Assembly: GCA_965247115.1 (NCBI GenBank) | Contig: CBDFGR010000003.1 | Location: 2,464,001 to 2,528,000, forward strand | Reading direction: 5' to 3' | DNA: 64,000 nucleotides | Origin: Myxococcota bacterium | Lineage (GTDB): Bacteria; Myxococcota_A; UBA9160; SZUA-336 | In this document: piece by piece, positions 29,757 through 38,877 of the stretch | Layout: each line of letters opens with the position of its first letter | Position numbering within the stretch: position 1 is the first letter of the stretch | The notes under the pieces: generated by a model | The model's database searches: none | Told to the model about the DNA's origin: nothing | The model's input: the letters and a program-made list of their open reading frames with translations, nothing else | Translations under genes and position numbers: made by a program

Positions 29757-30856
29757 AGGTCCCGGGACTCTCGTACGAGACTCTCGACGATACGATCGGC
29801 GGCTCTCCCGTCCCATAGTTCGGGTGTACCGCCTCCTCCCCAGGTGCCGCGCGATAGCTCCCTCCACGCGGCCAGAATCGAACGCTCGTTGGGGTCGACG
29901 AGCCGATTGGTACCCTGCTCTACGGTCACGGGGCGTTCAGTGTTCCTACGCAACGTCATGCAGGGGACTCGCAAAATCGTAGTCTCCTCCTGCATACCAC
30001 CTGAGTCCGTCATCACGAGGCGTGCATGGCTCATCAGTTTCAGGAAGTCCAGGTACCCGAGTGGATCGATGAGCCAGAGTCCCGACGCACCCCCGAGTCG
30101 TTCCGTCAGGTCGTAATCGCTAAGTCTCTGCCTTGTCCGAGGGTGGATCGCGAAGACCACGGGCGACTCCTGGCTTATCCGAATCAGTCCTTCCATGATC
30201 GACGCAAGAACGGCCGAGTCGTCGACGTTGCTTGGGCGGTGAAGCGTGACCAATGTATAGCTGCCTTGCTCGAGCTCTAGCTCGCTAAGGATTGTGGACT
30301 GCTCGGCGATGTCCTTGTGGCGGAGGAGCGTGTCGATCATCACGTTCCCGACGAAACGAATCCTGGCTTCATCGATCCCCTCTTTTCGGAGGTTCTCAAC
30401 GCCAGAGCGTTCCGTGACGAAGAGCAGATCGCTGATGCGATCGGTCAGGACGCGATTGATCTCCTCCGGCATGGAGCGGTCGAAGCTGCGGAGGCCAGCC
30501 TCCACGTGGCCTATGCGGCCCCCCAACTTTGCTCCTACAAGTGAGCAGGCGATGGTGCTGTTGACGTCGCCTACGACGATGATCCAGTCCGGCCGCTGGT
30601 CGATCAGGAGTGGCTCGAAGCGGCGCATGATCTCTGCGGTCTGGACAGCGTGAGTAGCAGATCCGACCTCGAGATTGACATTCGGCTCCGGAATATCCAG
30701 GTCGCGGAAGAACAGCGCCGACATGTTCTCGTCGTAGTGCTGCCCCGTATGGACCAGAAACGGATCGATCTCGGGGTGCCGGGAACAGGAGCGGAAGAGC
30801 GCCGCAATCTTGATGAAGTTGGGCCGAGCCCCGCAGACGTTCATTACCTTGATCAT
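29753..30856 (-). CDS. wecB: UDP-N-acetylglucosamine 2-epimerase (non-hydrolysing)
   Basis: GARPNFIK, HTGQHYD, GDVNST, HVEAGLRS, TDSGGMQEE. Confidence 0.95.
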   Translation of the reverse strand: MIKVMNVCGARPNFIKIAALFRSCSRHPEIDPFLVHTGQHYDENMSALFFRDLDIPEPNVNLEVGSATHAVQTAEIMRRFEPLLIDQRPDWIIVVGDVNSTIACSLVGAKLGGRIGHVEAGLRSFDRSMPEEINRVLTDRISDLLFVTERSGVENLRKEGIDEARIRFVGNVMIDTLLRHKDIAEQSTILSELELEQGSYTLVTLHRPSNVDDSAVLASIMEGLIRISQESPVVFAIHPRTRQRLSDYDLTERLGGASGLWLIDPLGYLDFLKLMSHARLVMTDSGGMQEETTILRVPCMTLRRNTERPVTVEQGTNRLVDPNERSILAAWRELSRGTWGGGGTPELWDGRAADRIVESLVRESRDL

Positions 30857-31203
30857 CGATCCGCTCCTCGCAGGGAGAATAAGCGAGCCAGAGCACGGGC
30901 GGCAGTAGCAGGCACCCTGATCCCCTCGTTGCGAACCGCTGATGATTCGAGAGTTCGCGTCTGTCTTCGGCGCGCGCTAGCGCGGATCAGCCAAACGCGA
31001 AGGCACTCTCAGACGGCTGCTTGAAGGCGGTCTGAATCACATCGACACATGCCGCGTCCTAACCTCGAGCCGTCCTCGCAGATGCTGAGCGCGGCGCAGT
31101 CGTTCGAGAATCAGCCCTCCGAGAGCGGGATCGAGGAGCACAGTAAGCGAGCCGCCGTCGAGTCGCTGTTCGTTAGGGGATCGCTCCCCTTCGAACGTGG
31201 GCG

Positions 31204-31872
31204 TCAGCTGGCGCGGCGAGACCTCTTCCGGACGCTGGCACCGACGATCGTGGAGCCGACCGCAAAGAGAACCAATGACGTTGGCTCCGGCATGGGAGAT
31301 GCGGCAGATAGAGCGTAGCTGATGCTCCCATTCCAGACGCGCGGGCTAAAGAAACGATCGGGGTACAGGAACGGGACGTTGCTCGCTGACCCGAGCAGGA
31401 GGCTCAGGTCAGAGTTTGCGTAGAACCGGTTGTCCTCGGTGCCGTTCGTGTAGTAGTGACGCGCCTCTCCCGCGGGGCCGTCCAGGACGAGCGCGAAGCC
31501 GTAGGTCGTGTTGGCCTCGACTGTGAAGAAGTTGTCGAGCGTGATCTGGCTCAGATTGTCGATCCCGCTGCCAATGCCGGTTCCGGTAGCGGCAGAGGTC
31601 CACAAGCTCCCGTCCAGCTCGTTTCCGACACTGGTGCTCTCCATGAGGAAGACTTCGAAGCCGAAGGGATCATCGCTGCTCGTGTTGGTCTCGAAGCCCG
31701 TGATCGTGAGCGCGCTATCAGCAGTCACGAGGTCGAAGTACACCGCGCCCCCGCTGTTCCCGTGGTTGTTGCTGTCAGACAGCGTCATGATGCGGGCTGC
31801 ACCCGCCGTGTCGGGTGCAAATAGCAACATCAAGGAGATAACTGCGCCCGTTAGGACTCCCGTTCTGCTCAT
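31204..31872 (-). CDS. PEP-CTERM sorting domain protein
   Basis: Signal peptide; C-terminal MPEPTSLVLFAVGSTIVGASVRKRSRR. Confidence 0.88.
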   Translation of the reverse strand: MSRTGVLTGAVISLMLLFAPDTAGAARIMTLSDSNNHGNSGGAVYFDLVTADSALTITGFETNTSSDDPFGFEVFLMESTSVGNELDGSLWTSAATGTGIGSGIDNLSQITLDNFFTVEANTTYGFALVLDGPAGEARHYYTNGTEDNRFYANSDLSLLLGSASNVPFLYPDRFFSPRVWNGSISYALSAASPMPEPTSLVLFAVGSTIVGASVRKRSRRAS

Positions 31873-31963
31873 TTCTCAGATCCTAGATGCCAGGTGCGGC
31901 AACCGGTCATTTGACACCCAAAACCAACAATAGGGGATTATATCGCTGTTTACCCAGATTCCC

Positions 31964-31992
31964 TTGACGCCGCCCTGCTAGTTGGGTAAACT
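31964..31992 (+). promoter_or_regulatory. Sigma70 promoter of the IS1595 tnp-RM operon
   Basis: TTGACG-N17-TAAACT, then RBS AAGGAGG before ATG 32018. Confidence 0.7.
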
Positions 31993-32017
31993 GTCGCCAT
32001 AAATAAGGAGGCCGGGA

Positions 32018-32995
32018 ATGGCGAAGGGCGGCAAGAAGGGACCGGGAAAGGCGCACCGTAAGGGCCTGTCGATGGTCGAGGTGGCCAAGATGTTCCCGGA
32101 CGACGCGGCGGCCGAGCGCTGGTTCATCGAGGCTCGATGGCCAGATGGCGTGGCCTGCCCCAAGTGCGGCTCCCTGAACATTCAGGAGCGCCCCACGCGC
32201 AAGCCCCAGCCCTACCGTTGCCGCGATTGCCGCAAAGATTTCAGTCTCAAAACCGGGACGGTCATGGAGAACTCCAAGAAGGGCTACCAGGTCTGGGCCT
32301 TCGCCATCTACCTGATGAACACCAACCTCAAGGGCGTTGCGTCGATGAAGCTGCACCGTGATCTACACGTCACTCAGCGCACGGCCTGGCATTTGGCCCA
32401 CCGAATCCGTGAGGTGTGGCAGGATGGGAGCGGTGGAGAGCAGCCCTTCGCGGGGCCGGTGGAAGTCGATGAGACGTATCTGGGCGGGCGGGAACGCAAC
32501 AAACACGCCCGAAAGAAGTTGCGGCTGGGGAGAGGACCCGTGGGCAAAACCGCTGTAGTCGGCGTGAAGGATCGGACCACAAAGCGCGTGAGCGCTGTCG
32601 TTGTGTCCGCGACGGACTCCGCGACCCTCCAGGGGTTCGTTGCCAGTCGAGTCTCACCAGGCGCGAAGGTCTACACCGACGACGCGACCGCGTACAGCGG
32701 CTATCCGAACCGCGAGAGCGTCCGTCACAGCGTGGGGGAGTACGTGCGAGGCCAAGCACATACGAACGGCGTGGAGTCGTTCTGGTCAATGCTCAAGCGT
32801 GGCTATCAGGGGACGTATCACAAGATGTCCCCGAAGCACCTAAACCGCTACGTCTGCGAATTCGCCGGGCGGCACAACGTCCGTGAGTACGACACGCTCG
32901 ACCAGATGCGGACCGTGGCGAGTGCGATGTTCGGGAAGCGCCTGCGATACCGGGATCTAATTCAGGCCACCGGGGCGTCGGCGGAGACGACGTGA
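32018..32995 (+). CDS. IS1595-family transposase
   Basis: CPKC..CRDC Zn ribbon, EVDETYLGG, YTDD, HTNGVESFWSMLKR. Confidence 0.95.
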   Translation: MAKGGKKGPGKAHRKGLSMVEVAKMFPDDAAAERWFIEARWPDGVACPKCGSLNIQERPTRKPQPYRCRDCRKDFSLKTGTVMENSKKGYQVWAFAIYLMNTNLKGVASMKLHRDLHVTQRTAWHLAHRIREVWQDGSGGEQPFAGPVEVDETYLGGRERNKHARKKLRLGRGPVGKTAVVGVKDRTTKRVSAVVVSATDSATLQGFVASRVSPGAKVYTDDATAYSGYPNRESVRHSVGEYVRGQAHTNGVESFWSMLKRGYQGTYHKMSPKHLNRYVCEFAGRHNVREYDTLDQMRTVASAMFGKRLRYRDLIQATGASAETT

Positions 32996-33759
32996 TGGAT
33001 GGCTCGGTTCAAGCGTCAGCCACAAAGCAGCGGAAATCTCGTAGCCCCCGCATAAAGCGCCCAACTATCAAGATGCTTCCGGCGGCTGATGTGCTGGATA
33101 CGCTTGCGGTGGTTCCACCCGTAAATGCGGTCATACTCGACCCTTGGTACAACAAAGGAGTCGGTGGATTCCGACCAGATTATGACGGTTGGCTTACCGA
33201 CGTCATCCATGCTGCGTGCAAGATTTCTGAACACGTCTTCATCTGGGGATTTCCGGAAATTATCGCCCACCAGATCGCTCACATCCCATCGGGTTTCGGT
33301 CTTGTGGCATGGCTCACGTGGTACTACAAGAACTGTCCTTCCGTCATTAGAGGGTGGAGATCAGCGCAGAATACTTGCCTGCACATAGCATCGGACAACG
33401 CGCCGGTTTACCCGGAGCACTTCTTGAATGAGGAGCAACTCAAACGCTTCTACAATGGGAAGATGCGTTTTGTGCCCGGCCCTTCCTCGGTACTGGAAGC
33501 GTCGCTCAATATCGGATTTGTTGGGCGTTCAGAGCAGACGGGCCACCCGGCTCAAAAACCGCTTTCGGTGATTGAGCCGTTGCTGTCCATGTCCACCAAA
33601 GAGAACGACACTGTACTTGACCCCATGTGCGGCTCTGGAACCACGGGCGAAGCGTGCCTTCGCCTCAAGCGAAATGGAATCCTCTGTGACAATTCTCCCG
33701 AATCCCTAACTCTGACGCGATCAAGAATCGCAAAGCACCGGCGTTTGAATGGAAGATAG
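32992..33759 (+). CDS. Beta-class amino (N6A/N4C) DNA methyltransferase, presumed cognate of the KpnI-like REase
   Basis: Motif IV variant DPWY, HPAQKP, motif I DPMCGSGTT in beta order. Confidence 0.9.
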   Translation: MMDGSVQASATKQRKSRSPRIKRPTIKMLPAADVLDTLAVVPPVNAVILDPWYNKGVGGFRPDYDGWLTDVIHAACKISEHVFIWGFPEIIAHQIAHIPSGFGLVAWLTWYYKNCPSVIRGWRSAQNTCLHIASDNAPVYPEHFLNEEQLKRFYNGKMRFVPGPSSVLEASLNIGFVGRSEQTGHPAQKPLSVIEPLLSMSTKENDTVLDPMCGSGTTGEACLRLKRNGILCDNSPESLTLTRSRIAKHRRLNGR

Positions 33760-34396
33760 AAATGCCACCATTCAAGGAACATACCGCCAGGGGTCGATAC
33801 GGAAGCGCATCAAGGCATTCTTTCTGGATAATCCTGGTAAAGTGGCCACTCGTGAACAGTTGATCGAAGTTGCAACTGACCCCGAGTCGGGACGTATCCC
33901 TGAAAACTGGCATCAACGCCTTTCGGAATTACGAACCGACGAGGGTTATACGATCCTATCTTGGCGAAACCGAGACGAGCTGAAGGTCAGTGAGTACATG
34001 ATGCCGAACGCGGAGCGCCGAGCTACAGCACTCCGCCGTACACGCCCCACGGCAGCTACTTGGAAACTCGTTTTAGCTCAATACGAAGATCGGTGCGCTT
34101 GGCAGGAAAGCGGCATAACTTGCAACTTGCGTAACGGCGATACCGACCTTGTGGGCGGAGGGACAGTCAAACTCACACCTGACCATCGAACGCCTCACGC
34201 ACTTCACGCTGAGGCTAACCCCAAAGACCCGACAAAATGGCAACCCCTTTGCGGGCGTCACCAAGTCATGAAGAAGAACTATTGGGATGATGAAACCGGC
34301 TGGCTTAATGTCTTCGCCATTGTTCAGTCGGCGTCCGAGGTGCAAAAGCGTGAAGTCTTTGAGTTCCTGAAGCAGTATTTTGGAGAGTCGAGATGA
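33749..34396 (+). CDS. kpnIR: KpnI-like HNH type IIP restriction endonuclease (probably GGTACC)
   Basis: PENWHQRLSELRTD.GYTILSWR, C..C, GGGTVKLTPDH and LCGRHQVMKKNYWD match R.KpnI as recalled from memory; similar length. Confidence 0.85.
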   Translation: MEDRNATIQGTYRQGSIRKRIKAFFLDNPGKVATREQLIEVATDPESGRIPENWHQRLSELRTDEGYTILSWRNRDELKVSEYMMPNAERRATALRRTRPTAATWKLVLAQYEDRCAWQESGITCNLRNGDTDLVGGGTVKLTPDHRTPHALHAEANPKDPTKWQPLCGRHQVMKKNYWDDETGWLNVFAIVQSASEVQKREVFEFLKQYFGESR

Positions 34397-34581
34397 CCGC
34401 AAACCGTAATCAGTCAGAGTCGAACAAACAGAAACGTCGCCGAGGCCGGCCGGAGAAGCTGGTCATGCCCGACCCGATCCCGGACACACCGGAGAATGTC
34501 GCGCGAGCGCTGATGCGTAGTCCGCCGAAGAAGGAAGACGAGTGGCGCTATCTCAAGCCTGGATCACGAGCTCGGAAGTGA
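34393..34581 (+). CDS. Small basic IS1595-associated hypothetical protein
   Basis: ATGA coupling to the REase; RRGRP..PIPDTPENVARALM. Confidence 0.6.
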   Translation: MTANRNQSESNKQKRRRGRPEKLVMPDPIPDTPENVARALMRSPPKKEDEWRYLKPGSRARK

Positions 34582-34642
34582 TCGGGGCCTTGGGTAAACA
34601 GCGTGAAGGAAGTCAGACGGACGCAAGAAGGGGAATGAGCAA

Positions 34643-34936
34643 ATGACCGATCGACGTAGCGACGGCGGCATCAAGGTTCTGTCTGACGAAGATATGACCG
34701 CAACCATACGTAATACTGGCGTTCCATCTCAGGTGTCCACTTGGGCGTATAGCGACAACGGCCAGACCCAAGAAGACGGAAAGGTCGTTCTTGTTCTGAC
34801 TCCAGATCCGAAGTTGGAGGGGAAGTATCCCCAGACCTCTCTTTGGGATCGGCGTGACCTGATTCAGATGGCGCGGGACACTCTTCGCCTTCTTGCTCCG
34901 AGTCCTGAGGATGAGACTCGCCTCCCGGGAAGCTGA
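34643..34936 (+). CDS. Hypothetical passenger protein
   Basis: 97-aa ORF with a purine-rich upstream region inside the element; no recognisable motif. Confidence 0.4.
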   Translation: MTDRRSDGGIKVLSDEDMTATIRNTGVPSQVSTWAYSDNGQTQEDGKVVLVLTPDPKLEGKYPQTSLWDRRDLIQMARDTLRLLAPSPEDETRLPGS

Positions 34937-35062
34937 TGAGATCACCCATGGCGGCAGCCTCGATAGGTGGTTGATTCAGTCAAAGTACCTAATTCCCATT
35001 AGATCGGAATCTGGGTAAACAGCGATATAATCCCCCAACAATAGGCAAGCAGAAACTCTGGA

Positions 35063-36205
35063 TTAATCCGCGAAGCGCGGATCCGTCCCCAGGAGGCCGA
35101 GATCCGCCAGCATGGGGCGGAACTTGCTGCGCTTGATGCGCTCCTCAAAGCCGGCGCGGCGTAGGCGGGAGAAGTACTCCTCGATCTGCTTGATCTGCAT
35201 GGTGCCTACGATCTCGATGCCGGTCTTGATCTGGTCGGGCTTGGTGCCCTTGCCGGCCAGGACGATCATGCACTCGTTCAGTGCGGCGTCGAACTGGTAG
35301 ATCGAGAAGGTCTCGCCCTCGTCGAGCGCCTGGTGGAGCTCCTCTTTGCGCTCGGGGGTCTCGTCCATGATCCACTTCAGGTGCTGCATGCCGTAGGAGA
35401 CGTGGCGTGCCTCGTCCTGCATCACGAGCTGGAACATGCGCTTGTCGACCGGGGTGGGGGAGATGAACTCGCTGAAGCGGAACATAGTGAGCACGTTCCC
35501 CTCGGCGAGCAGGTGCATGAAGGCGCTGGCGTCGCTGTAAGAGTCGCCGTCCAGGATGGCCTTGAGCGACTGCTCGGCCTGGGGCATGGCCTGCATGAGG
35601 CCGACGCCGCCCGCGAGGGCGCGCTTGCGGAACACCTCGGCGTGTCGCGCCTCGTCCATGGCCTGCGTGGCGATGAACTGCTTGACCTCGTGGAACTGGT
35701 TGTTCATGCGCCAGGCCCACTTGGCCGGGAGATCGGTGGCGATCATCTCGACCTCGGTGAAGAAGGTGCATAGCTGGGCGAAGGCGATCTCCTGCTCCTC
35801 GCTGCGCTCGTAGGTGTCGAGGTCCGCCCAGGGGATGTCCGTGCTGGCGTTCCACTGGCGGCTCACGGCCTCCTCGGTGAAGGACGCGACCCGGTAGGCC
35901 CACACCTCGCTCTTGCGGTTGAGCTCGGGCGAGAGGTCCGCCTGCTCCTCGACGTCGAAGGCGGCGCCGCGAGGCGCGGAGCCGCGTGGACCGCGCGGGA
36001 CTTCGGGCAAGTCGTCATAGCCGTAGCTGCCCTGGTTCAGGTCCAGGTGTGTGAGGCCCCGCTTGGGGTTGTCGGCGTTGAACTCGAGCTGCTCCGTGCC
36101 GGCGTCGAGCCAGCCCAGGTCGAGGTTGCCCTTCTTGATGTCGCGCATGCGCAGGACGAAGTCGTCGTTGTAGTTGTAGTCTTCGACGGAACCGAAGTAG
36201 CCCAT
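35063..36205 (-). CDS. Ferritin-like di-iron carboxylate protein with intact ligands
   Basis: TEVE, MDEARH, LAEG, QDEARH; strong codon bias; RBS AGGAG. Confidence 0.85.
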   Translation of the reverse strand: MGYFGSVEDYNYNDDFVLRMRDIKKGNLDLGWLDAGTEQLEFNADNPKRGLTHLDLNQGSYGYDDLPEVPRGPRGSAPRGAAFDVEEQADLSPELNRKSEVWAYRVASFTEEAVSRQWNASTDIPWADLDTYERSEEQEIAFAQLCTFFTEVEMIATDLPAKWAWRMNNQFHEVKQFIATQAMDEARHAEVFRKRALAGGVGLMQAMPQAEQSLKAILDGDSYSDASAFMHLLAEGNVLTMFRFSEFISPTPVDKRMFQLVMQDEARHVSYGMQHLKWIMDETPERKEELHQALDEGETFSIYQFDAALNECMIVLAGKGTKPDQIKTGIEIVGTMQIKQIEEYFSRLRRAGFEERIKRSKFRPMLADLGLLGTDPRFAD

Positions 36206-36214
36206 GCCTAGCTC

Positions 36215-37297
36215 CTATTCGCGAAGCAGCTTCAAGAACCCGCCCAGCGGGGTCCGCTCTCGTCGGTTGCCAAGGCCTGCGCCAGAGCAGCGAGTCAGGT
36301 ACTCGGCGGTGGCACTCTCGTAGAGGGCGATCACGGGTTCGAGGCCGCCCGAGAGCAGGATCAGCGGCTCGATTATCTCGCGCGCGCCCAGCGCACCGAC
36401 CAGTCCGTTCTCGAGCGGGTCGAGGTGATCCCCGAGCTCTTCGACCATGAGCGGTCGGGCACTGGTCAAGGTGCGGATGTGGTCGACTCCGTAGGCGAGA
36501 AAGCGCGAGGCGTCCTGCGTGAGTCGCGTGCCCAGGTACTCGTCCGCCGCGTTGTCGGCGAGGAACTCGAGCTGACGGCCCAGCGCCTGCACGAACGAGA
36601 ACAGCATGACGTTCATCGAGACCGACGCCTGCGGGTAGGTGTCGGACTCCAGGATCATCTTGAGCAGCTCGCCGAGCGGTTTCGAGTCGATGCCGAGCGA
36701 CCCTGCGCCGTAGAGCGCGCGCTTTCGGAAGGCTTCCGCGAAGCGGGCTGCATCGAACATCTGGACGCACATGAGGTACTTGATCTCGTGGAACTCCTGG
36801 TTCATCCGCCAAACCCAGTACGCGGGAACGTCTGCACAGACGAGTCCGATCGATACGAGCGAGGTGGAGAGCTGGCGAATCGCTAGCTCGCGCTGGTCCG
36901 CGTGATCACGGCCGTCCAGGGTCTGCCAGGGGACGTCACGGGCCGGTGTCCAGCGGCGGGACTTTGCCTCTTCGAAGAGCTGCGGCGCCAGGTCGGACCA
37001 GACGTCGCTCTTGCGATTGACCTGGTAGCCCAGCGACGGGAGCCCCGGCGGCAGGAGGGCTCCGCGAGGCGCCATCGAGAAGTTGTGGCGCACGATCTCC
37101 GGGATGCGATCGGGTCCGTAGCCGCCACTATTGATGTCGTCGAGAGTGAGGCCACGCTCGGCGTGGGAGGGGCGGAAGGAGGCGCGCTCGCCGACGTTCT
37201 TCATCCAGGAGAGGTCGAGCTCCCCCGCCATGAGGCGCAGGATCTTCTCTGCGACATCAGGATCGGTGGCGTAATCCTTGGGGGCGAGATAGGCCAA
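36215..37297 (-). CDS. Ferritin-like paralog lacking iron ligands (putative structural subunit); TTG start inferred
   Basis: Co-linear with the downstream gene (LDLSWM, RGLT, APRGA, NRKSDVW, FRKRAL) but reads FDAARF and QDASRF. Confidence 0.8.
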   Translation of the reverse strand: MAYLAPKDYATDPDVAEKILRLMAGELDLSWMKNVGERASFRPSHAERGLTLDDINSGGYGPDRIPEIVRHNFSMAPRGALLPPGLPSLGYQVNRKSDVWSDLAPQLFEEAKSRRWTPARDVPWQTLDGRDHADQRELAIRQLSTSLVSIGLVCADVPAYWVWRMNQEFHEIKYLMCVQMFDAARFAEAFRKRALYGAGSLGIDSKPLGELLKMILESDTYPQASVSMNVMLFSFVQALGRQLEFLADNAADEYLGTRLTQDASRFLAYGVDHIRTLTSARPLMVEELGDHLDPLENGLVGALGAREIIEPLILLSGGLEPVIALYESATAEYLTRCSGAGLGNRRERTPLGGFLKLLRE

Positions 37298-37440
37298 TCC
37301 GCATCCGTCCCTGGTGGAACTCTGCGAGTATAGCCAGCGATGGACCCGGGCGCCGAACGGGCTGGCCGAGAGCGACTGGAGGATAATTCCCACATTTCCC
37401 CGTTGGATGTGATATGAGATGCATTCAAATGGGACTCTCC

Positions 37441-37986
37441 ATGACGCGACTCCTACGGCATTGCGGTGCAACCGCTTTCGCGATCCTGGTGTCGTTCGCC
37501 GGGGTTGCAGGCGCGGCCAGCATCCCCGTCGAGGTGATCAGAGGCGGCGTCGACGATGACCCGCTGAGCTGGGACGCCAAGTTCGTCTCGCTGACGTCCG
37601 ACTACGTCAAGACCCTCCAGCTCGCGAAGGTCGACGCGGGGAGCTGCATCGGGCGGATCGCCTGCGACCTCGACCTGTCGGCCGACGACCACTGGGAGTA
37701 CTTGATCGTCCAGGCGAACGGCTACTCGGCTCTCTATTGGCTCGACGGTGGGGCGAGCTACGCGGGAATCGACGTCTCGAGCTGGGGGCTTGCCAGCATC
37801 GGGGGTACCGAGTTCAGCGGGAGCTGGCCGAAGCGAGGCAGTTTCCCCGATGTCTCGAGCATTCGCGCCGGGGCCTCGGCACCGATGCCCGAGCCCGGAT
37901 CTGCCGTCCTATTCGCGGTGGGCAGCCTTGTCGTTGGGGTCGCCACGCGGCGACGATCCCGACGGTCGTCGACCCAGCCTGATTAG
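37441..37986 (+). CDS. PEP-CTERM sorting domain protein
   Basis: Signal peptide; MPEPGSAVLFAVGSLVVGVATRRR. Confidence 0.85.
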   Translation: MTRLLRHCGATAFAILVSFAGVAGAASIPVEVIRGGVDDDPLSWDAKFVSLTSDYVKTLQLAKVDAGSCIGRIACDLDLSADDHWEYLIVQANGYSALYWLDGGASYAGIDVSSWGLASIGGTEFSGSWPKRGSFPDVSSIRAGASAPMPEPGSAVLFAVGSLVVGVATRRRSRRSSTQPD

Positions 37987-38187
37987 CGAGGGGCCTTACC
38001 GCCCCCGGACTCCGCCGCGGCTGGCTCCGTCCATCGGGCGGAAGTACCCGTAGCTAGAGGATTTTCGCGATCGGGAGCGTGCAGGGATCACCGTCACCCT
38101 CCTGATCTTGCGGGTATTTCCCCCTGCTGCGCGAAAGTGTGGTACTGTCACCATGGTGACCTTCGGGGGGTGGCACGGGGGTCAGGA

Positions 38188-38877
38188 ATGAAAACGCCTC
38201 TATCGCTCGGACCGGGACTGGGTGTTCTCGTGTTGATGCTCGTCAGCGCACACCCTGCGGCGGCGGCGACCATCTACTTCGAAGACTTCGAGGGTGGTGC
38301 GCCCGGGTCCGAATGGTCGGACACCTCGACGGACGTCACTCCGCTCGGCGGGGACAAGTTCCTGGGCCAGTTCGGTGCGGAGGAGGACTGGACGAGCGTG
38401 AGCCTCTCGCTCTCCGGCCTGGGGTCACACGATTCGTTGACCCTGTCTTTCGATCTCTATCTCGGCGGTTCGTGGGACGGGAACCGGACGAACAACGGCG
38501 GGGAGGACCAGTGGACCCTGGACGTCGACGGGGTCACGCTGCTCGGCACGACGTTCAGCAACAGAGACAGGTGGCTGCAGGCGTATCCCGGAGGGTTCCC
38601 CGGTGGGGACAATCAGGCAGGGACCGGGGCCGTCGCAGAGGATACGCTCGGCTTCTACAACGGCGACTCGACGTACAGCGTGAGCTTCACCTTTGCCCAC
38701 CTGGATCCCAACGCCGTGATGACTTTCAATAGCTGGGTCACCGGGAACGACGAGAAGTTTGGGCTCGACAACGTCCACGTGACCACGCCCATGCCGGAGC
38801 CCGGCTCGATGCTGCTCTTCGGTTCCGGGATGGCCCTGGTCGGGCTCTTCGGACGGCGCAAGGGGCGTCCCAGCTAG
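38188..38877 (+). CDS. PEP-CTERM sorting domain protein
   Basis: Signal peptide; MPEPGSMLLFGSGMALVGLFGRRK. Confidence 0.9.
   Translation: MKTPLSLGPGLGVLVLMLVSAHPAAAATIYFEDFEGGAPGSEWSDTSTDVTPLGGDKFLGQFGAEEDWTSVSLSLSGLGSHDSLTLSFDLYLGGSWDGNRTNNGGEDQWTLDVDGVTLLGTTFSNRDRWLQAYPGGFPGGDNQAGTGAVAEDTLGFYNGDSTYSVSFTFAHLDPNAVMTFNSWVTGNDEKFGLDNVHVTTPMPEPGSMLLFGSGMALVGLFGRRKGRPS

Larger units (their letters stand above)
31933..35035 (+). mobile_element. IS1595-family cargo-carrying transposon (3103 bp) with a type II R-M system
   Basis: Perfect 30-bp IRs GGGGATTATATCGCTGTTTACCCAGATTCC (31933-31962 and 35006-35035); 8-bp TSD CAACAATA at 31925-31932 and 35036-35043. Confidence 0.95.

Noticed and set aside
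38171..38187. TGGCAC as a sigma54 -24 box for the PEP-CTERM gene
   Set aside because: No TTGC at -12 and too close to the start codon
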